Origin: Paramicrosporidium saccamoebae KSL3
Lineage: Eukaryota > Fungi > Cryptomycota
Length of the DNA: 32,000 bases
Assembly: GCA_002794465.1 (NCBI GenBank)
Contig: MTSL01000129.1
Location: 22,780 to 54,779, forward strand
Reading direction: 5' to 3'
Positions 20,043 to 29,100 of this stretch are shown here, one piece after another. Every line of letters starts with the position of its first letter. Position 1 is the stretch's first letter. The position numbers and the translations under genes are program-made. The notes under the pieces are model-generated. The model saw only the letters and a list, made by a program, of their open reading frames with translations. It ran no database searches and was not told the DNA's origin.

Positions 20043-21242
20043 CTATTGGAAGGGCGCCTCGCTGTCGGGACGCTCAACAATGGGCAGAGTGGGATCCTCA
20101 CTACTAAAACAGAGACCGGGGGTGACACAGACGCCATCAGAGTCTCCCAAAACCATGCGGATGCACTCTTCCATAATATTGTTGGTGGATGGCTGAATGG
20201 TATCGGGTGGGGGCACGTCATTTCCCAAAACTCCGAGAATCGGATCGAGTTCGCTGGGATCAGGCAGCAAGGTTGTCTCGTCTGTGGAGGGGGAATTGGA
20301 ATCCCAATTGGAGGCCAGATCCAGGGCTGCCATTGCATCCACCCGACCCCGTGGATAGATGGATATCTCTGCCATTGATGGGGTTCCCACCACTCCCATT
20401 GAATGTCGTCGCTTCCGTGCTGCCACATCCACCAACGGAAAGCCCAGCTCGGTTGTTGGCTGTTTCCTAAAATTTTGTTGCAATACCAAGTCGGCAGGGA
20501 TTCGGGTACGTCGTAATTCTTCCAGCAGTTGTGTCACCTTTCCCTGGCGTCCTGAATGCGACACTATGAAATCGGCTTCGCTAAAATAGCACACTAGATG
20601 TTGCATACGACCATCGACCTTTGCTGAGATTGTCTTTTTGATTAATCCCTCGGGTCGGAAAATGTACTTGGTGTTTCCACCATGGGCAGCCCCGGCGGCC
20701 TGCAATTTCTTGGATTTCAGCAGACGGAAAGAGTTGGGTCCGAGCAGACTGTTAGCACAGCCTTCTGAGGAGGACGCATAGGATGTCATAGAGATGGATC
20801 GCGAGTCAATCACCTGACTGGGATCCACTGAGCCGATAGGGTCGATGGGCCGAGTATCGTCTACTGAGGACGGCAGGACAGGATTAGTTAGCCATGGAAT
20901 CATGGAATCATAACTGCCCTCAATCGAGTCGGTGGTGTTGTCAGCCGGTTGTAGCCGTTTTAGGCGGCCATCGGCGCCGCCCACCCTGCGCTCCAATTCG
21001 CGGTAAATCAAAAAATTGCCCAGAATTCGGCTTGGACTCCATAGTCGTCCATCTGTCCACCGTCTAATTCCACTTTCCTGCTCATCAAAAACGAAAACGG
21101 ACCCACTTCGTATCAGTCGTCGCTCCTTCTCGTGCAGGCGACGTCTGACTCGTCCAAGACGTCCCTGACGGCACAATTCAAACACGCGCAGCGCATCCGC
21201 CGTGTTTTCGATCGGTCCATGAAAGGTTTCGATTTCGTTCAT
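20043..21242 (-). CDS. Gti1/Pac2 family (WOPR-domain) transcription factor, 399 aa
   Basis: ETFHGPIENTADALRVFELC..G.L..V.RRL...ER..IRSGSVFVFDEQESGIRRWTDGRLWSPSRILGNFLIYRELE and the second box GLIKKTIS...QHLVCYF. Confidence 0.93.
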   Translation of the reverse strand: MNEIETFHGPIENTADALRVFELCRQGRLGRVRRRLHEKERRLIRSGSVFVFDEQESGIRRWTDGRLWSPSRILGNFLIYRELERRVGGADGRLKRLQPADNTTDSIEGSYDSMIPWLTNPVLPSSVDDTRPIDPIGSVDPSQVIDSRSISMTSYASSSEGCANSLLGPNSFRLLKSKKLQAAGAAHGGNTKYIFRPEGLIKKTISAKVDGRMQHLVCYFSEADFIVSHSGRQGKVTQLLEELRRTRIPADLVLQQNFRKQPTTELGFPLVDVAARKRRHSMGVVGTPSMAEISIYPRGRVDAMAALDLASNWDSNSPSTDETTLLPDPSELDPILGVLGNDVPPPDTIQPSTNNIMEECIRMVLGDSDGVCVTPGLCFSSEDPTLPIVERPDSEAPFQ

Positions 21243-21385
21243 ACCGTCGTCGCCTGATCTGGCCCGTTATAAAGCTAATTGATTCCCCCTTTAGGAAACT
21301 ATTCACTGATTGGTCCGTTCCCAAGTTTATTCAAAGGTATGTATAGTGAGGAGATGTGAGGGCATAGTGGGACGATAATGTGATG

Positions 21386-21785
21386 TTATAGTGTTGGCAT
21401 TTGAGCCATTCGACCAGCCACACTAATCCCTTCACGACGAGAGCAAATCTGTAAAACCATTTCAATCTTGGATACTCCTTGCTCGTGTAAACATTCTCTA
21501 CAATCTGCAACAGCCTGTAGAATCTTGTTCATGGGCCCCTCTAACACGAGATGAGATTACCGTACATAGTCCGTTACCAACAATGGTGGACATTGGTCCT
21601 ACTTGAGGCGCCAGTTGGTGCTTTTCCAAAATGTTCTTGATTGTGCCGAAAAACTGGGCCTGCTTCTCATGTCCCATGCAGTGCACGGTCAACTCTGCAA
21701 TTGCATTGTCTCGGTCCTGACTCTGACTCTGACTCTGATTCTGGGTCTGATTCTGGGTCTGATTCTGGGTCTGGGTCTGAGTCAT
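21386..21785 (-). CDS. Thiamine-binding protein family (MTH1187/YkoF/ECM15-like) with N-terminal Q-X repeat, 120 aa (exons 21785-21578, 21540-21386)
   Basis: 37-nt intron 21541-21577 restores GPMSTIVEGPMNKILQAVADCRECLHEQGVSKIEMVLQICSRR, matching the family pattern GPMxTxIEG...h..G..Rv...ikId.R. Confidence 0.8.
21716..21782 (-). repeat. Hexamer microsatellite-like coding repeat (TQ/NQ/SQ)n
   Basis: ctctga, ttctgg and gtctga hexamers encoding TQTQTQNQTQNQTQNQSQSQSQ. Confidence 0.85.
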
Positions 21786-22032
21786 TTTATTGTTGGTTGA
21801 CCCTTTCAACGACCCTATATATGCCTGGCGCTTTTGACTTCAAGTCTAAACTGCATGTTTGAGTATATCTACAAAGTCTACATTATTTTTCAAGTGTCAG
21901 TGCCATGTTTTATAGGACACGGGATGGGCCGACCATAGAGTGTGATATTAGGTTCTACAGGACATGATATGGGCAGACTTTACATGGAACCAACAGGCAC
22001 AAAAACTGTACATGGGAATATATTTACAAAGT

Positions 22033-23000
22033 CTACATTATTTGTCCATGCTCAAATGTCCTCCCCAGCGGAACATAGTCCAGTGCGTGTTCTGTTACAA
22101 TCCGCAAATTCTCCCGCATCATCGAAGTGTCCTTTGATGCCCTACCTATGGTGGCTGCCTGGTTAAAGGAGAAGAACACTCGGATTGTGCCATGAAGCTG
22201 TGTTCGATCCAGTAAACGGGGCTTGTCCATGCAGACAACTCCGTTTCCATCAAGGACAGGTTGGGGTGGTCCGGGTTCTGTGAGTCGACGAACACACACT
22301 TGGAGCCCGTGTTGGAGGGGAGCGTGCTGATCTAGCGAGTTGTGGTAGTAATGTTTCTGTCGAATAATTGTCTGACTTTGGACGGGCATGCTTGCAAGAT
22401 CCAGCCGGAGGAGGAACACTTTTCCCACCGTTCCCAGTGCGTCCCGGATAATCTAAAATCAGCACGCAAACATGGTAAACATACCATTTGGAGAGTGCTC
22501 TGTCGGGAAATGTTGAGGGGGGCAGGCAAAGTGATGCGTGCACACCATGGACAGCCTGAATCGCTCTCAAATACTGGACTTGCCATGGTGGAGAGACACT
22601 GGCGATGTAGAATGGTCAGTTGGGGTCCATTGACGCGGGAGATGGTCATTTCAACAGTAAATGGGGTCACTATGCCGCTGGATCGAGCATGAAACACAAT
22701 TTCCTATAAATGAAGGCGATGGGGTCGTCATGGTACCTCATACGAGCCAACCAGCGTCTTCTTCTTAATCCTCTCGGCATGTTTCTTGTCCTCGCCTACC
22801 ACACCGCCTGCACAGGACAACAGACGGCGTCGTTCCTTTAGCTTCAAGTGTCGCACATCCTCTCCCACCGTCATGACAAATCTACCCATATTAATCAAAT
22901 CACCGTATTGTACCGGTGCGGCATCTCCCGGTTCAGCATCGGTCAGTTTGTTTTCGGCGTAGCAACGGTTAGAGTTGAGTTGCCTTTTATAGAAGGACAT
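22033..23000 (-). CDS. ATOS/FAM214-like protein (DUF4210 plus C-terminal domain), 300 aa (exons 23000-22737, 22703-22485, 22452-22033)
   Basis: Introns 22704-22736 and 22453-22484 give LVGSYEE, LQMIIRDALGTVGKVFLLRLDLASMPVQSQTIIRQKHY (cf. IQVTLFNPNKTVVKMFVVIYDLRDMPANHQTFLRQRTF) and LHGTIRVFFS (cf. LHRDVRLLFS). Confidence 0.8.
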
Positions 23001-23114
23001 GCATCGGCGATTGGACGCTAAATGTGCATGCTCACAACCAACAGAATTACTCGTGATTTTACCAATCAGCGGCCACCGGCTTTATTAAAGATGACGTCTA
23101 TTTCATGTACAACC

Positions 23115-24539
23115 TTAAGAGCGCTCAACGTAATTGCTCGGGAACAATCCCTTTTGACTTGTACCGTCTATTTGTCCATACCACCAAGGATCTTCCGAGG
23201 TCGAGAGGACATTTAAAATCTGGTCCTCTTTGAAGGAGATTTCGTCAGATTCCTGGGCCTGATAAGCATATAGCGTCTTTACCCGATACAGAATCCGAGT
23301 AGTCTGTGAGCTTTTGCTCGAAAAGGAATTGTTTGTGCTAAGGGATGCGGTACTCCCTCTCCTCACCGAAGAGTTGTCTGAAAAGTGGCTTGATGAACGG
23401 CCTGACGAATCTCTCAGGGAGTTTCCTAATAAAAATCCCCCACTCACGCCGGCTGCAGACAGACCATCAGAGTCGGACGAATAAAGTTTTCTAGGAGACT
23501 GAGTGGCACGCATGGAAAGTTTCCTAAGGGACGCCTCAATAGACTCGGTCGCAAAATTGCTGTAGGCTGGAGTGGTGGGAACAACATTTCCGGTCCCATA
23601 TCGGCGAATGAATTCCTGCAACTCTATCACACGATCACATTGCACTGCACGGTCACGGAGTGTCTCGTAGGCAACCGCCTGCTCTTGCATATGGCAATGA
23701 CTAATGACGCTATACTCAATAAGAATGTTTTTGGTGAGTTCAAGTCTGGTCTCTTCCAGTTTTTGAAACTCTTGGGCAGATGTCGTCATGCGGCTTTGCC
23801 ACTGGATATGCAGCTCATTAAGCTTGTAGACTCCACTCCGATATTGAGCATCAGCCTCCTGCTCCGCCTCTTTAGCTCGCTTCAAGCGCTGCTCATGCTA
23901 GGGAATGAGTCATTTTCACGTGATTTCTGTTTACCTTTTCCAGCGTACGACCACTTAAACCGGCCACATTGTCGTCAATTAAGAGAGCCCGCTCTTTTGT
24001 ACGGTTGTAGTAGCGTTCCTTCAACTTGGCCACAAGTTCTTCCTGAGAAACCTTGGCCTTTACAATTCGCAGCATTTCTTGTTTGTGTTCCTTCTTGACG
24101 AGCGTGTGCTCTTTGAGACTCTGTTGCAGTGGCCACAACAAGCGCTGCTTGAGTGACTCGACCAGAGTGCCATGTCGGGTGCACAGATCGGCAGTCTGAA
24201 TGGGAAGGGTGAGTAGCGCACTGGCGAGTTCGGAGGGAAGAATATTGTTCAGGTCAGAATCCACCTTGCCGCCAAAGAATGTCTCTTCCCGAGGGAACGC
24301 AAACGTCCCCAGACGGTTCATTTTTTTTACATACTCTTCCTCAATTTCGATCCTGAAAATTATGGCAGAGTGCGATTAGATCACCTTGCGGTGAGAAACT
24401 GCAAAAGAGCCTCTGTCGTCCGTTTTCCAAATTTTAGACGCTGCAGCAATGCTCGGAATCCGCTGCTGTCCTCGCCCTAGCACATATAAGCTGTCTCAAC
24501 ATCACGGACTACCCAAAAATTATCCTGAAAAGATAGCAT
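23115..24539 (-). CDS. F-BAR plus SH3 protein, Cdc15/Hof1/PSTPIP type, 439 aa (exons 24539-24513, 24476-24385, 24352-23935, 23897-23115)
   Basis: MLSFQDNFWGEDSSGFRALLQRL...IEIEEEYVKKM; QKLEETRL; C-terminal SH3 ALYxY-like TLYAYQAQESDEISF...WWYG...GLFPSNYV; introns 24477-24512, 24353-24384, 23898-23934. Confidence 0.9.
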
Positions 24540-24818
24540 TATGCCGAGGTTGGATGGGCCGTGATGAATATTTATAAGGGTCGGTGGCTGGGGTGTGGCA
24601 GTCCTGGCGTTTGTAAGCCGTCGGACAGTTAGTGGCGAACCAGCCAATCAGTGCAGTAAATGACGGTCATTTGGGGTTCTGGTGTTGTTTTTCTTGACAA
24701 CTTTCTATTGACGTACTTAATTACCTAATTTGTCTCTTTTGGTTCTGGCCGCCGTACAAGTAGATTTCCAGAGGAAAGCGGCAGAGTGATTGGTCGATTT
24801 TTTTTTGCGAATTGATGT

Positions 24819-24995
24819 GTGATGAGACAATTTGCGCTCAAAGGATGACAGTTTCTATTTCTAACACCACCCGATGAAATAACTAAAGGGGTGATGATAA
24901 GTCTTGTACGTGGGTAAAGAGGCCCTACGTCACACGAACGACCCAGATTTTAAGAATCAGAAACGCTCTGTGGAATGCTGGATTAATCTGACCAC
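24819..24995 (+). ncRNA. Candidate box C/D snoRNA(s)
   Basis: Two GTGATGA C boxes (24819, 24891) and CTGA at 24988 with a weak gggg/ccac terminal stem; 24828-24844 is near-complementary to the conserved 5.8S rRNA segment CUUUGAACGCA.AUUG. Motif-level evidence only. Confidence 0.3.
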
Positions 24996-25122
24996 ATGTT
25001 AGTGTAGACTTTACGAATTTAAGAGCTCACAAATTGGGAATAAACAAGTCCACCTCCTCATCTATTATACATGGGCCAGGGATAAAGAGCGTTTACATTT
25101 ACTGCAAATCTCTACATTTTCC

Positions 25123-25814
25123 ATGGCCGATCTGCTTTCAAGGCCGTGGATAGTGGCTTCTGCTTCAAAATATCTGTGCCACGCGCGCAATGCGCTGGTA
25201 CTGCCCAAGATGGTGCAGCTAATAGAGGTTGCTCTTCTTGCATAGCCAAATCTCATTTTAGGCTCCAAAAAGTCGAGCTACGGCTGTTTCGGACAAGTTT
25301 AACTTTACAGAGTGCACTTTTACCATGGACGCCATAGTGAGCTTTAAGAAGTAGGCCCCCAAGCTGCTCACTGGTCGTAGAGATAATCCCAAGACTCCAT
25401 TCACCCAGCTTACAGGCGCGCTTGTGAGGATTCTCGAGGGAACATGGAGGATAGACAAGACTGTGATTTTTGAAATTGGCAAATTCGAGGTGATTAGTGG
25501 TGGAGGTTGTTCAACGCATGGCGAACCGCGTTGTCTAAACTCTATTGACGTTATTGTGGCATTGACCACCCAGCAGCACCAAGACAAGCCTTGCTCACTG
25601 AGTAGCAGCTTGGTGTTGTCGTTGATTGCATGTAGGTGCTGAGGATCTTTTACATCTAGACCCAGACAGCTTGGATGAGTTTGAAGACTCGGAAATCCCC
25701 GCTTCTCAACAAGAAAAATTGGAGAAGATATCTTTTTGGGAGACTATGCGTGAGCCATTGGACTACTTTGATAGTCTACGGCCATCCTGGACTGTACAGT
25801 ACGCAAACTGGTAG
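25123..25814 (+). CDS. TPP1/Tpz1/Est3-like OB-fold telomere protein, 197 aa (exons 25123-25227, 25262-25350, 25381-25601, 25636-25814)
   Basis: Introns 25228-25261, 25351-25380 and 25602-25635 give LSRPWI...VQLIE...AVSDKFNFTECTFTMDAI...LTGALVRI...FEIGKFEVI, matching the order and spacing of TPP1 OB motifs (LRPWI, GQLLE, LVSDG, CLVTREA, EGRLLLL, FYLQVDRF). Largely missed by the ORF track. Confidence 0.72.
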
Positions 25815-25849
25815 TGTGTGAGGATGTGCGTGCGCGTGGAAGGGTGTAT

Positions 25850-25960
25850 CCGTGAATCAAAAATAAAGAATTTCCGTGATTGCAAGAGATTATAACCATG
25901 AATCAAACCCGTGAATCAAGACCATGAATCAAACTCGTGAATCAAGACCATGAATCATAA
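25850..25960. repeat. 13-bp tandem repeat CCRTGAATCAARA, five copies (25896-25960) in an A-B-A-B-A pattern, plus a single copy at 25850
   Basis: ccatgaatcaaac ccgtgaatcaaga ccatgaatcaaac tcgtgaatcaaga ccatgaatcataa, between the convergent TPP1-like and tmk genes. Confidence 0.85.
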
Positions 25961-26000
25961 CACTCATAAAAAGTATTTGCTTTACTAAGAACGCTGGAAA

Positions 26001-26657
26001 CTAGATTGTTAAATGTCCGAGTATTTCGGCCGCAATAGTTTCAATATCCTGGTGCGCATCAATTTTCACGACCTTTACGCTTTTCCCAATTTTAGCAATT
26101 TTCATAGATTCTACATTTTCTGTAGTTTCTATGTTTCCCATGGTTCTCGTAATGCACTCGGGCCATGTTTGCGCCAATGTGCACATGACGGATGAGACCT
26201 GCCGTTGAAAGTCAATCTTTTCAAACCGCTCAAGGCCGTATCCGCCCCTCTGGGAAACCGTTTCAGGATCAGCATCCAAAAATATAGTCAGATCCGGTAA
26301 TGGTAGTCCCTTGCCAATCATAGCCGATACGGTCTGGTCCATTCCACGTGCAGCTGAGTAAGCCATGTGGGACCAGAGATATCTATCCATCAAAATCGTA
26401 GTGCCAGCTGCCAGTTCCTTTTCAATCGCATCACGCATCTCCCACAAATTGGCAACCAAAAGAAGACTAGCTGCAGTCAAAGGCATTTCAACCTTTCTCT
26501 CCAAATACTCGCTAATGAGCTTTCCTGTATGCGGACTATTTCGGTCGGGGTAGCGCATTAGTTTAATACGACCACCCCGCTTTAACAACTCGCTGTACAA
26601 GCGACTGCATTGAGTACTTTTACCGCTTCTATCAATTCCCTCAAATACGATAAACAT
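26001..26657 (-). CDS. CDC8: Thymidylate kinase (dTMP kinase), 218 aa
   Basis: FIVFEGIDRSGKSTQ P-loop, RYPDR, DRY..S..AYSAARG, PDLTIFLD, GLERFE. Confidence 0.96.
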   Translation of the reverse strand: MFIVFEGIDRSGKSTQCSRLYSELLKRGGRIKLMRYPDRNSPHTGKLISEYLERKVEMPLTAASLLLVANLWEMRDAIEKELAAGTTILMDRYLWSHMAYSAARGMDQTVSAMIGKGLPLPDLTIFLDADPETVSQRGGYGLERFEKIDFQRQVSSVMCTLAQTWPECITRTMGNIETTENVESMKIAKIGKSVKVVKIDAHQDIETIAAEILGHLTI

Positions 26658-26685
26658 GGATTGCTAGAAACGCGGTCTAACAAAA

Positions 26686-27942
26686 ATGAATTTCCTCATA
26701 ACAATGGGCGCGGGACGGCCAATGCCAAACGATTCGGCTTTTACGGCTGAAGAGGATAAGCGACTGCTCGAAATAGTGCAAACATATGTCAAGGAAAAGG
26801 GATTTTCGTCTGATGGACTGTCCCTGTATCAGAGTATTGCATCGCTGGTATATCTGTGCTGGCAACCTAATGGACTGTAGTTTCCAGGACGCACGTATCT
26901 ATGCTTGAGGAACCAGTATTTGAAAACGCTGAAAATGAGACGCGAGAGCTTGGGTTTCTCGTCTCCACGCCAAACCACTTCTCTTGCATCTGTGAGACGT
27001 AATTCGTCTGGTGACGAATTCCACACCTTGAAACTGAGCGACTCTTCCGACCTTGATATTGAAGAGACGTCTGGGCCTTTAGCTGATGGGAATGTCAAAG
27101 ACCTCGACGAAACACGACATCTTGAGGAGCTACAGATAAATAAGATGGATCCACCGAATGTTATCAAAGAGACATCCGAGCCTCTTGAACTTTTGGCTAA
27201 TAGGAATGTCAAACGCCTTCATGAAACGCTGCATGTTGAAGAGGTACAGGAGACACTACATGTTGAGGAGATGCAGAACAATGACAAGAATCCGCCAGAT
27301 ACTACCGAAGAGTCACTAGAAGACGGAGAAATAGCCTGCGAGTCAATTCCACAAGCACACAAAGGCGAAAATATAGTGCCGAGGTCAATTAAGAAGTCGC
27401 AGAATGTGATATTTCAAAATGACAGTTCTAGGCCATTGAAAGAAAAAGACATTTCTAGGCTATCGAATGAAAAAGGCACTTCTGAGTCGTCGAAGGACGC
27501 TTCTAGGCCATCAAAGGACACGTTTGGGTCGTCAAAGGACGCTTCTAGGCCATCAAAAAGTACTTCTGGGCCATCGAATGAAAACGTCAATAATGACAAT
27601 GTGGTCACTTCCAAGAAATCAAAGACCAAGAAGAAAAAACCCAGGCCTCTGCCTGTCAAGGACGAGGAATCGAAAAAATGTCTTGAGGCAGTAGATTTGC
27701 TCGCCGACTTGACAAAATTTGACAGAAAGGTGGTAATTTTTGCACTTGCAGCCTTTTCGGGAAACGTCGAAGCTGCTTACCGATATCTGAATGGCGAAAT
27801 TCAGGCCGCCTGGAAATTCTCAGACGACATTGCCATCTTGACCAGAGATTCCTCGGTGGTGACGGAATTGCTGAAAACAAAGACGGTTAAGGAAGTGTCG
27901 GATAGATTTGACTTTTTGAGTGGCCTCTGTGATGCTCCCTAG
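26686..27942 (+). CDS. RAP1: Telomere protein Rap1/TERF2IP-like (Myb plus RCT, no BRCT), 407 aa (exons 26686-26847, 26881-27942)
   Basis: Myb FTAEEDKRLLEIV...YQSIASLFPGRTYLCLRNQYLKTLK after splicing 26848-26880; C-terminal RCT VIFALAAFSGNVEAAYRYL...WKFSDDIAIL...EVSDRFDFL. Confidence 0.8.
27487..27585 (+). repeat. 21-bp coding repeats in the Rap1 linker
   Basis: SSKDASR PSKDTFG SSKDASR PSKSTSG PSNEN. Confidence 0.75.
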
Positions 27943-28224
27943 GTCAGTTGGTGTAAATAAACTGCATTTTGCGGAGAATCGTATAAATACGGGAGCCGGG
28001 GTGGGATTTTTCTATCGGCCCCCTTACCCGTCCACCCTTTTCTCCCCTAAAGCCTGGACGAAATGAAGGGGCCCAGAGCAATTTAGAGCGCATTATACAA
28101 CCGAATGGTAATATATCCACCTGTATCGGATGTGCCCGCGCTCTACAATACGATCAATAAGATAATTAATTGATGCGCCTATATGACCGGTATATATATT
28201 GAGCTCGTAGGATGAGTGTTCGAA

Positions 28225-29061
28225 ATGAGAGTCGCGACGCTTGTTTGTCTGAGCATTGGTGCAGTAACTGCGGGTAAGATTTACCGCGAATGCCAAAAGG
28301 AGGGAATGATCGCCTTTACTTTTGACCAAGGACCATCGCAGTATACGGGGATTCTGCTCACCCATCTTGCCAAGGCAGAAGTCAAGGCCACATTCCACAT
28401 TGTGCCAGACTATCTCGACAATCCCGTAATTTCTGCCAATCTGCGACGGGCCGCCACCGAAGGACATTTAATTGGCCTTTATGTGCGCGACTCGGTAACG
28501 GAGGCTAATGTCAAGGCATACCTTGCAAATGCGACAAGTCTGATGAAGCAGTACATTAACTACCAGCCGCAGTTTCTGCGCTTTCCCAATCCGGGTCCGA
28601 GCGAGGCGATGATGAAGACAGTCACAGCATTGGGCTATAAAGTGACCTCGTACAATCTGGATTCCCAGGACTACAATCAAGTAGGAGGCACTACAGAGCC
28701 AAATGGCACTGGAAATGTGTATGGAACGATACGAGCAATTTTGGATCAGATTGTGCCGCCGACTTTGGGAAGTTTTATTTGCGTGCAGCGTGACCTGGTG
28801 CAGGCGAGCGTGTCACAGACGCCGGCAATTTTGAATTACGTCAAAGCGCGTGGATACAAAGCAGTGAAGCTGGATGCATGCATCGGGGTGGATCTGTCTG
28901 TTCCCAAAGAGGACACAGACACCCCTTCAGCCAACATTGCAGAGGGTGGTGATATGCCAATTGGCAAGGCGAGTACAAGCGCAGCGCCGAACAAAAAGTA
29001 CCATAGCGACTGGATTCTTGGAGTCTTTGCTATTCAATTGTTGTTCCTGTTAGTCCTGTAA
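28225..29061 (+). CDS. CE4/NodB polysaccharide (chitin) deacetylase-like protein, signal peptide plus probable GPI anchor, catalytically degenerate, 278 aa
   Basis: MRVATLVCLSIGAVTA signal; AFTFDQGP, KATFH, FLRFP, YNLDSQDY; hydrophobic C-terminus WILGVFAIQLLFLLVL. Confidence 0.85.
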   Translation: MRVATLVCLSIGAVTAGKIYRECQKEGMIAFTFDQGPSQYTGILLTHLAKAEVKATFHIVPDYLDNPVISANLRRAATEGHLIGLYVRDSVTEANVKAYLANATSLMKQYINYQPQFLRFPNPGPSEAMMKTVTALGYKVTSYNLDSQDYNQVGGTTEPNGTGNVYGTIRAILDQIVPPTLGSFICVQRDLVQASVSQTPAILNYVKARGYKAVKLDACIGVDLSVPKEDTDTPSANIAEGGDMPIGKASTSAAPNKKYHSDWILGVFAIQLLFLLVL

Positions 29062-29100
29062 AAATGAATAAACCTGCTGTATTATGATTGGTCGTCCGAG

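Noticed and set aside
24835-24930. U6-like word AAGGATGACA and U6atac-like word AAGAGGCCCT
   Set aside because: No ACAGAGA-type box or internal stem-loop upstream, and the spacing does not match either snRNA; short chance matches.
24540-25122. Possible telomerase RNA next to the TPP1-like gene
   Set aside because: No TAACCCTAA-type template seen, and the telomere repeat of this organism is unknown; unsupported.
25065-25587. Minus-strand ORFs of 67 and 109 aa
   Set aside because: Antisense to the spliced TPP1-like gene, which explains the region with four in-frame exons.
25850-25960. CRISPR-like or telomeric array
   Set aside because: Head-to-tail repeats with no unique spacers, eukaryotic context, and no G-rich telomere motif.
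26085-26165. Possible hidden intron explaining the roughly 25-aa insertion near the thymidylate kinase C-terminus
   Set aside because: The only candidates end in AAG rather than the usual TAG/CAG and would be 35 nt (frameshifting) or 42 nt (outside the observed range); treated as a coding insertion.
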